Part shown: positions 24,122 to 30,453 of the stretch, piece by piece
Numbering within the stretch: position 1 is the first letter of the stretch
How the letters are laid out: the number at the start of each line of letters is the position of its first letter
Assembly: GCF_018139695.1 (NCBI RefSeq)
Contig: NZ_JAGSOG010000033.1
Span: forward strand, 1 to 32,000
Reading direction: 5' to 3'
Source of the DNA: Actinospica durhamensis
GTDB lineage: Bacteria; Actinomycetota; Actinomycetes; Streptomycetales; Catenulisporaceae
DNA length: 32,000 bases
Notes under the pieces: model-generated
Databases searched by the model: none
What the model saw: only the letters and a program-made list of their open reading frames with translations
What the model was told of the DNA's origin: nothing
Position numbers and translations under genes: made by a program

Positions 24122-24988
24122 ATGGGCGCCATGGTCACCTACCTCTCCATCGGCGACTTCTCCCGCGCCACCCACATGACCGTCAAGATGCTGCGCCACT
24201 ACCACCAGATCGGCCTGCTCGAGCCCGCCGACGTCGATCCGCACACCGGCTACCGGCGCTACACCGCCGCGCAACTGCCCACCGCCCAGGTCATCCGGCG
24301 TTTCCGTGAGCTGGACATGCCGCTGGAGGAGATCCAGGGCGTGCTCAGCGCCGGCGACCTGGCGACCCGCAACCAGCGCATCGCCTCCCATCTGCGCCGC
24401 CTCGAGGAGGAACTCGGCCGCACCCGACGCGCCGTCGCCTCCCTGCGCGACCTGCTCGCCCCCGGCCCGTCCGACGCCCCCGGCGGCATCGCGCTGCGCA
24501 GCGTTCCTGCCGTCCCCGCGGCCGCGATCAGCGAGGTCGTCGACGCGCAGGACTCGGTCGACTGGCTGCAGGGCGCCCTCGGCGAGCTCTACGCCACGCT
24601 GGCCGCGCAGAACGCCGCCGCCGACGGGCCCTGCGGCGGGATCTTCGAGGACGCCGTGTTCACCCACCACCGCGGCCGGGCCACCGTCTTCGTTCCCTGC
24701 TCCGCCCCGTTCCGGCCGCTGGGCCGGGTGACCGCGGTGCGGATACCGGCCACCGAACTCGCGGTCATCACCCACGCCGGCCCGCCCGCCGAAGTGGACC
24801 GCGCCTACGCCGCCCTGGCGGCCTACGTCTCCCAGCACGCCCTGGCCGTCGCGGGCCCGATCCGCGAGTACTACCTCGCCGGCCCGCGCGACACCCCCGA
24901 CACCGCCCGGTGGCGCACCGAGATCGGCTGGCCCGTGTTCCAGACCACCGCGGCCGCGCAAGCCGCCGACGATGCCGGCGGATCCTGA
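24122..24988 (+). CDS. MerR-family regulator with GyrI-like effector-binding domain (paralogue of 19482-20312)
   Basis: LSIGDFSRATHMTVKMLRHYHQIGLLEPADVDPHTGYRRY is a MerR HTH, followed by a coiled-coil and a GyrI-like C-terminus. GGGGGAGGG lies upstream of ATG 24122. Confidence 0.85.
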   Translation: MGAMVTYLSIGDFSRATHMTVKMLRHYHQIGLLEPADVDPHTGYRRYTAAQLPTAQVIRRFRELDMPLEEIQGVLSAGDLATRNQRIASHLRRLEEELGRTRRAVASLRDLLAPGPSDAPGGIALRSVPAVPAAAISEVVDAQDSVDWLQGALGELYATLAAQNAAADGPCGGIFEDAVFTHHRGRATVFVPCSAPFRPLGRVTAVRIPATELAVITHAGPPAEVDRAYAALAAYVSQHALAVAGPIREYYLAGPRDTPDTARWRTEIGWPVFQTTAAAQAADDAGGS

Positions 24989-25047
24989 TGCCGCCCGACA
25001 TCGCCCGGCTGCGCGCCACGGTCTGACCCGCGCGAACGGCCTCGGCC

Positions 25048-25977
25048 CTACGGGACCAGGACGACCTTGCCGAGATTGCTGCGGGACTCGATGATCTCGT
25101 GAGCCTGCGCCGCCTGCGCGAGCGGGATGCGCGCGTGGATCCGGGGGCTGAGCTTCCCGTCCCGGTAAAGCGTCCACAGCTCCTCACGCCAGCGCGCGTA
25201 GAGCTCGGGCTTGCCACGGGCGATCGCCGCCATCTGGAAGCCGATAGCCGAAGCGCTGCGTGCCAGCAGTTCGTACGCGTCGATCACGCCCCCGCCCGAG
25301 CTGAAGGCGACCAACCGTCCGCCCGGTGCCAGCGCGCGAACCGCGGGGCCGAGCAGGTCGCCGCCCACACCGTCGAGAACCACGTCCACCGGCTCGCCCC
25401 AGGACGCGTCCGGGTAGAGCACCACCTCGTCCGCACCGGACTTCCGGACGAAATCGGCCTTCTCCGCACTGCTGACCGCCGCGACCACCCGGGAGGCGCC
25501 GTGCGCCTTGGCGTACTGGACCGCCAAGGATCCGACGGCACTGGCCGCAGCGGTGACCAGCACCGCATCGCCGGGCCTCGGCGCGGCGGCTTCGAAGGCC
25601 CCGCGTGCGACGAGGCCGCTGCGTACCAGGGCCACCGCCAGGACGGCATCGGCCCCGTCCGGGACGTGCGAGGCCATGGCCTGGTGGACCACGGCCATGT
25701 CCGCGTAGCCGTAGGAGAAGCAGAGTCCGGTGACGAGATCGCCCAGGGCGAAGCCCGAGACGCCCTCGCCCACGGCGGCCACCGTTCCGGCCACCTCGCC
25801 GCCGAGCGGCGTCGGCGCGTTCCCCTCGCGTACCTTGCGGACCGCGGGCAAGGTGACCCCGATCGCCTCGTTGCGCACCAGCAGCTCGCCCGGACCCGGC
25901 TCGGGAGCGGGTACCTCCTCGACGAACAGGACCTCGGGGCCGCCGTTGACCTCGTACCGCACACGACGCATACGCAC
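25048..25977 (-). CDS. NADPH:quinone oxidoreductase-like MDR (zeta-crystallin type, zinc-free)
   Basis: GPGELLVRNEAIGV, GGEVAGTVAAVGEGVSGFALGDLV, a cofactor loop VTAAASAVGSLAVQYAKAHGA, and a C-terminal GKVVLVP. Confidence 0.8.
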   Translation of the reverse strand: MRMRRVRYEVNGGPEVLFVEEVPAPEPGPGELLVRNEAIGVTLPAVRKVREGNAPTPLGGEVAGTVAAVGEGVSGFALGDLVTGLCFSYGYADMAVVHQAMASHVPDGADAVLAVALVRSGLVARGAFEAAAPRPGDAVLVTAAASAVGSLAVQYAKAHGASRVVAAVSSAEKADFVRKSGADEVVLYPDASWGEPVDVVLDGVGGDLLGPAVRALAPGGRLVAFSSGGGVIDAYELLARSASAIGFQMAAIARGKPELYARWREELWTLYRDGKLSPRIHARIPLAQAAQAHEIIESRSNLGKVVLVP

Positions 25978-26158
25978 CTCCGTACTTCTGGGCCCTTTCA
26001 GGCCAGAACGTTGAGTTATCCGACGGGTGTGTCAGCGTAGTGGGAAGCGACGGGGCGAGTCCAACGAGATCCACTGCCGTGAAGCCGCCGGTCAGGGGCC
26101 GGCAGATCTGCGTTTCACCGTCGGCCGGGGTGGCCGTTCGCCCGGCGGGCATGAGGAA

Positions 26159-26191
26159 GCGGGCCGCGCACGGTGTGTGTGCGCGGCCCGC
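26159..26191 (-). terminator. intrinsic terminator hairpin downstream of the chitinase gene
   Basis: A perfect 13-bp GC-rich stem (GCGGGCCGCGCAC / GTGCGCGGCCCGC) with a 7-nt loop lies 54 nt beyond the stop. On the transcribed strand it is followed by UUCCUCAU. Confidence 0.6.
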
Positions 26192-26244
26192 TCAGGGTTC
26201 TACGTCAGGGCTCAAGGTCCAACATCAGAGCCCGGGGTCCTCCA

Positions 26245-27564
26245 TCAGAGCCCGAGGTCGCTCAGGAACTGGTTGGTGTACTGCAGCGGCGAGCTGCTGG
26301 AGATGGAGTTGCAGGTGGCGGACGCGTACGTGTCCGAGCAGGGCGTGTCCCGGTCGAAGGACCAGAAGTGCAGCCCGGCCAGGCCGTTGTTCTTCGCGTA
26401 CGACGTCAAGGTGTTCACGTCCGCGATGGTGAAGGTCTCGGCGGTGTTGTCGTTCATGCCGATCATCGGCGTGACGGCGATCTTGCTCGCCGGGATGCCG
26501 TAGGTGTGCTCGAGGTTCGTCACCGCCTGGATCGAGGACTGCGCCATCTCGCAGCTGCCGGAGACGACGACGCAGACACTGCTGGAGGCGCTGCCGAAGT
26601 CCATGGTCATCAGGTTGATGACGTACTTGCTCAGGCCGGAGCCGAGCACGGACTGGACGACCTCGTTGCCGAGCGAGTTCACGCCGCCGTAGCTGCCGTC
26701 GGAGGCACCCAGCGTGGCGATGGTGAAGGAGAACTGCAGGTTCGGGTACTGCGCCTGCGCTCCGGCCGCGGCGGCGACCAGGCTCGAGATGTCCGACTGG
26801 CTCTGGCCGCCTTCGATGTCGAAGTCGATGCCGACCAGGTGCGGGCTGGCGTAGCGGGCGATGAAGGACTCCATGCCGGCCGTCGAGGTGCAGGTGAAGG
26901 TTCCGGCCTCACCGCCGGTCGACACGACGTAGTTCAGGCCGGCCGCCTGGAGCTGGGGTACGTTCTCCGCGGCGAAGCTGGCGCCCGCGACGCCGCCCCA
27001 GTTCTCGCTGCCGCAGGCGCCGGTGGCGAACGCGAGCGTGAGCGCGGGCAGCTTCGACACGTACTGCGACACCACGCTGCCGGAACCGACCACCGGCAGC
27101 GCCGAGCCCTCGACGGCCGACTGCATCTGGTCGGTGTTCCAGTTCATGTTGATCGTGACGTCTTTGTACGGGCTGAAGAGCAGGCCGCTGGCCGAACCCG
27201 TTCCGGTGCCGCCGGTGCTGCCGCCGGTGGGGGTGGGGGTGGGGCTGGAACTGCTGCCACCGCCGCTTGAGCCGCCGGTACACGAGCCGTTGGAGGTCCA
27301 CGGCTGTCCGGAACCGCTTCCGCCGTTGTTGGTGGCCGGGTCGTTGCCCTGGGTCCACCAGTTGGCGGTGTAGTTGATGCCGTTCTCACTGGCCTGCATG
27401 CCGGCGGTGTAGACGGCGCTGGAACTCCACGCCGCGGCGCACGTGCTTGCCGCCTGTGCGGCGGGCGCCGCGGCGACGACCGCGATGACCGTCCCGCCGC
27501 CGACCAGCCCGGCCGCCGAGCCGGCCAAGAGTGCTGTGTGCAGAATCCTTCTTGCGACGCGCAT
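26245..27564 (-). CDS. secreted GH18 chitinase with N-terminal CBM5/12 chitin-binding module
   Basis: The signal peptide is MRVARRILHTALLAGSAAGLVGG...AAQA. The CBM5/12 region reads AAWSSSAVYTAGMQASENGINYTANWWTQGNDP. A Gly/Ser/Thr/Pro linker follows. The catalytic motif is LVGIDFDIEGG (DxDxE of GH18). The RBS is GGAGGG. Confidence 0.85.
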   Translation of the reverse strand: MRVARRILHTALLAGSAAGLVGGGTVIAVVAAAPAAQAASTCAAAWSSSAVYTAGMQASENGINYTANWWTQGNDPATNNGGSGSGQPWTSNGSCTGGSSGGGSSSSPTPTPTGGSTGGTGTGSASGLLFSPYKDVTINMNWNTDQMQSAVEGSALPVVGSGSVVSQYVSKLPALTLAFATGACGSENWGGVAGASFAAENVPQLQAAGLNYVVSTGGEAGTFTCTSTAGMESFIARYASPHLVGIDFDIEGGQSQSDISSLVAAAAGAQAQYPNLQFSFTIATLGASDGSYGGVNSLGNEVVQSVLGSGLSKYVINLMTMDFGSASSSVCVVVSGSCEMAQSSIQAVTNLEHTYGIPASKIAVTPMIGMNDNTAETFTIADVNTLTSYAKNNGLAGLHFWSFDRDTPCSDTYASATCNSISSSSPLQYTNQFLSDLGL

Positions 27565-27658
27565 GAACCCTCCAAGGGGGGAGAGAAGCTGTGGGATGTG
27601 CGCACCTCGCCGTGCCGGTGGGGCGACACGGTGAGCTTTTTGTACGTGCGGCGAGCGG

Positions 27659-27696
27659 ATTGGTCAAGACCAATTGGCAGATTGGTACAGACCAAT
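27659..27696. promoter_or_regulatory. two DasR/dre-like palindromes (ATTGGTCAAGACCAAT and ATTGGTACAGACCAAT) in the chitinase promoter
   Basis: The 16-bp sites at 27659-27674 and 27681-27696 are 22 bp apart start to start. They match the dre consensus ACTGGTCTAGACCACT at 13/16 and 12/16 positions. The first overlaps a minus-strand TTGACC-N17-TACAAA promoter candidate (27662-27667 / 27639-27644). Confidence 0.55.
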
Positions 27697-27756
27697 CGGT
27701 AAACGCGGCGGACGGAACGGTGCAAATCCCCATACCGGGGACGGGAAACCCGGCGC

Positions 27757-27823
27757 GTGCGGACTTGCGATCCGCCCGCCCCGGAGACCGCTTCGGCCTC
27801 GGGGCGGGCGGATCGCGCCGCAC
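27757..27823 (-). terminator. long compound hairpin terminator directly after the 732-aa hydrolase gene
   Basis: A perfect 16-bp stem (GCGATCCGCCCGCCCC 27767-27782 / GGGGCGGGCGGATCGC 27801-27816) is extended by an outer 6-bp stem (GTGCGG / CCGCAC). The apical loop contains GC-UUCG-GC. The structure begins 4 nt after the stop codon. Confidence 0.7.
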
Positions 27824-27826
27824 CGC

Positions 27827-30025
27827 CTACGAGATAGTCAGGTAATTGATGTTCCAGCCGCCGTTGTCCTGATCGAGCGTCAGAGTCTGCGTGCCGGCCG
27901 GGAGGGTGACGGTGGCGGTGACGGTCGTCCAGGTCTGCCATCCGCCGGTGGCGGCGATGTTCACGCTGCCGCTGAGGTTCGTGCCGGAGGCGTTGGACAG
28001 GTGGAACGCGTCGGTGACCGCCGAGGGCGCCGCGACGCGGAAGCCGACCGTGTGCGTTCCGGCGGTGGCGACGTTGACGGTGTATTTGAACCACTGTCCG
28101 GTCGCGGTCCAGCCGAGGTCGTAGCCGCCTCCGGTGTCCGTCGTCGTCTCCAGGTCCACGCCGTCGGATCGGTAGCTGTTGCCGGAGCCGTTGACGGAGG
28201 TGACGTTGTACGCCACGCCCTGCCCGCCCGTGTCGTAGTTCTCCGCCTGCACCGTGCCGGGCACCGCGGCCGCGGTCCCGCCGTACGGGCCTTCCGAGGA
28301 CACGAAGGTCACATAGTTGATATTCCAGCCGCCGTTGTCCTGGTTGAGGGTGAGGGTCTGCGTGCCGGCCGGGAGGGTGACGGTGGCGGTGACGGTCGTC
28401 CAGGTCTGCCATCCGCCGGTGGCGGCGATGTTCACGCTGCCGCTGAGGTTCGTGCCCGAGGCGTTGGACAGGTGGAACGCGTCGGTGACCGCCGAGAGCG
28501 CAGCCACCCGGAAGCTGAGCTGGTAGGAGCCGGCGGTGGCGACGTTGACGGTGTATTTGAACCACTGTCCGGTCGCGGTCCAGCCGAGGTCGTAGCCGCC
28601 TCCGGTGTCCGTCGTCGCCTCGAGATCCACGCCGTCGGATCGGTAGCTGTTGCCGGAGCCGTTGACGGAGATGACGTTGTAGGCCACGCCCTGCCCGCCC
28701 GTGTCGTAGTTCTCCGCCTGCACCGTGCCGGGCACCGCGGCCGCGGTGCCGCCGTACGGACCCTCGGCGCTGAGCACCGGTGCGGTCGGGCGCACGTTGG
28801 TCAGCGCGATCTGGCCCTTGAGCATCCGGCCGCCGTCGTTGGTCAGGCGCAGGTAGTAGTCGGCGGAGCAGGCGGTGCCGTCCTGATCGAGGGACTGCAG
28901 GCCGGAGTTGGTGGGCACGCCCGCCTGGGTGGCGGCGGTGTTGAGGATCTGGTTGCCCTCGCCGTACTCGTCGAACATGGAGATGTAGATCCCCTGCGCT
29001 CCGACGCGCACCATGTTGTAGAACTGCTCCCACATGAAGTCGCCGTGGGCGCGCTGGTTCGCGGAGAGGTCGCCGGGCAGGACGCAGGGCTGGTAGTCGA
29101 TGCCGTTGGAGTTGCAGTAGGCCTGGTCGCCGACGTTGACGTTGGTGTAGAAGCTGTCCGAGTCGGCGGCGGTGCCGATGCGCCCGACCATCCAGGGCGA
29201 GATCATGTTGAAGGCCGAGTAGGTGCTGAGGTACCCCGCCCGCGAGTCGCTCACGCCGGTGCGCCAGTAGGTCGGCACCCCGCCCATGACGTAGCAGCCC
29301 TGGCTCTGGAACCACTGGATCACCGAAAGGCACGCGGAGGCGGACCAGGGGTGGTTGGTGTCGTTGAACCCGAAGCCCCAGATCCCGACGACCGGCTTGC
29401 CGTTCTGGTGCGCGTAGGCCGAGGACGAGGTGTACTGCGCCATGTTGGCGGTCCAGTCGGCCGGCATCTCGGTCTGCATGTTCGTCCAGCTGCTGGCGTC
29501 GTACATGATGTAGAACTTCCGGCCGTACGCCTGCGCGGCGGTGTTGACCATGCCGGTGACCTCGTTGCGCGACGGGCCCTCCGAGCCGTTCGGGTCGAAG
29601 CGCTGCAGCGCCGCGGTGTCACAGCCGTTCGCCTGCATCAGGCTGAAATGGGTGTTGACCACCTGCTGGTCGACCGAGGAGAACAGGGTGGCCGGCTGGC
29701 CGTTGCCGAGGTTGGCGTACCCCGTCTGGTAGCCCTTGGCGTAGCCGGTCATGTCCGGCCAGGCCTTGATGTTGTTGTTGCTCGGCGAGGGCGCCTGCGC
29801 CTCGTTGTTGCTCCAGTGCCACCAGGCGTCGATCGGCGCCCCGTCGCCGATGCAGGCGAACCAGCCCTGGTAGCCGACGGTGATCTTGCCGACGACGTCG
29901 CCCGCCGCGCTGGCCGCGGGCGAGGCGGCGTAGGCCGTGGCCGCGTCGGCGAGCTCCGCGACGGCGGCCCCGGCCATCGGGATCGCGGCCGTCGAGATCA
30001 GCAGCTTCCTGCGCGTGATACCCAT
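27827..30025 (-). CDS. Tat-exported glycoside hydrolase-like enzyme (family not assigned) with two C-terminal CBM6 modules
   Basis: The twin-arginine signal is MGITRRKLLISTAAIPMAGAAVA. The ~430-aa catalytic region has VGYQGWFA..., WGFGFND and IYISMFDEYGEGNQI, the last being reminiscent of the NEW(H/x)EG strand of GH99-like TIM barrels. Two CBM6 repeats follow (AENYDTGGQGVAY...GGWQTW...GGWNINY). Confidence 0.8.
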   Translation of the reverse strand: MGITRRKLLISTAAIPMAGAAVAELADAATAYAASPAASAAGDVVGKITVGYQGWFACIGDGAPIDAWWHWSNNEAQAPSPSNNNIKAWPDMTGYAKGYQTGYANLGNGQPATLFSSVDQQVVNTHFSLMQANGCDTAALQRFDPNGSEGPSRNEVTGMVNTAAQAYGRKFYIMYDASSWTNMQTEMPADWTANMAQYTSSSAYAHQNGKPVVGIWGFGFNDTNHPWSASACLSVIQWFQSQGCYVMGGVPTYWRTGVSDSRAGYLSTYSAFNMISPWMVGRIGTAADSDSFYTNVNVGDQAYCNSNGIDYQPCVLPGDLSANQRAHGDFMWEQFYNMVRVGAQGIYISMFDEYGEGNQILNTAATQAGVPTNSGLQSLDQDGTACSADYYLRLTNDGGRMLKGQIALTNVRPTAPVLSAEGPYGGTAAAVPGTVQAENYDTGGQGVAYNVISVNGSGNSYRSDGVDLEATTDTGGGYDLGWTATGQWFKYTVNVATAGSYQLSFRVAALSAVTDAFHLSNASGTNLSGSVNIAATGGWQTWTTVTATVTLPAGTQTLTLNQDNGGWNINYVTFVSSEGPYGGTAAAVPGTVQAENYDTGGQGVAYNVTSVNGSGNSYRSDGVDLETTTDTGGGYDLGWTATGQWFKYTVNVATAGTHTVGFRVAAPSAVTDAFHLSNASGTNLSGSVNIAATGGWQTWTTVTATVTLPAGTQTLTLDQDNGGWNINYLTIS
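27830..28765. repeat. tandem duplication of a CBM6-coding unit (period 471 bp, two copies)
   Basis: The copies at 27830-28294 and 28295-28765 share identical runs of about 100 nt. This is confirmed by near-identical antisense shadow ORFs at 27891.. and 28317.. in the track. One divergent patch lies at about 28024-28060 versus 28496-28532. Confidence 0.9.
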
Positions 30026-30239
30026 GATCGCATTCCTTTCTCCAAGCGAACCGCCGAGTGCAACTCGCCGGCATGGACGGCTGGAATTCGCAACGGAGCG
30101 TCGGGTGGGTGTTCCGTCGTGCTTGCGCAGGAGTGGGCCGGGCCCTGGTAATGGAGATCCGCTCGCGCAAGCCTGAGCGTATTGATTCAGGGCCCTGTCG
30201 CGCTGTGGGTCGCGCCGGGCCGCACGATGTACGTTGCAG

Positions 30240-30255
30240 ATTGGCCTAAACCAAT
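30240..30255. promoter_or_regulatory. third ATTGG-N6-CCAAT palindrome (ATTGGCCTAAACCAAT), dre-like
   Basis: It has the same half-sites as the two chitinase-promoter boxes and matches the dre consensus at 12/16 positions. It lies 215 nt upstream of the 732-aa gene start, next to a minus-strand TTGACG (30261-30266). Confidence 0.4.
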
Positions 30256-30394
30256 TCGCGCGTCAAGGGTCGGCTGCATTCGTCATACGTGCAGTTGGAA
30301 GGCGCGTAGACGGCCGGGCGCCTGTTTTCGGGCAGCCTGAATCGAACCCTTGATAATAAGCCTACTGAAACGTTATCGCGCGCCGAATCGGTAG

Positions 30395-30433
30395 GCGGGT
30401 GCGGGATGCACGAAAGTGTTTCGCGCACCCCGC
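30395..30433 (-). terminator. possible terminator hairpin after the partial hydrolase gene
   Basis: GCGGGTGCG (30395-30403) pairs with CGCACC(C)CGC (30424-30433), with one bulge. The loop contains CAC-GAAA-GTG. The structure lies 20-60 nt downstream of the stop at 30454. Confidence 0.35.
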
Positions 30434-30453
30434 GCCCGGCTCACTCGTCGGGA

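Noticed and set aside
23714-25217. ORFs at 23714-25177 (-) and 24768-25217 (-), and other shadows over the second MerR gene
   Set aside because: The translations are low-complexity and overlap the motif-bearing MerR and quinone reductase frames.
27830-28765. Possible CRISPR-like or mobile repeat array suggested by the duplicated small ORFs
   Set aside because: The repeats are 471-bp in-frame protein modules (CBM6) with no spacers. No cas genes or terminal inverted repeats are present.
27144-30170. ORFs at 27144-29333 (-), 27674-30151 (+) and 29619-30170 (-)
   Set aside because: These are shadows of the chitinase and CBM6 hydrolase genes. Their internal repeats simply mirror the CBM6 duplication.
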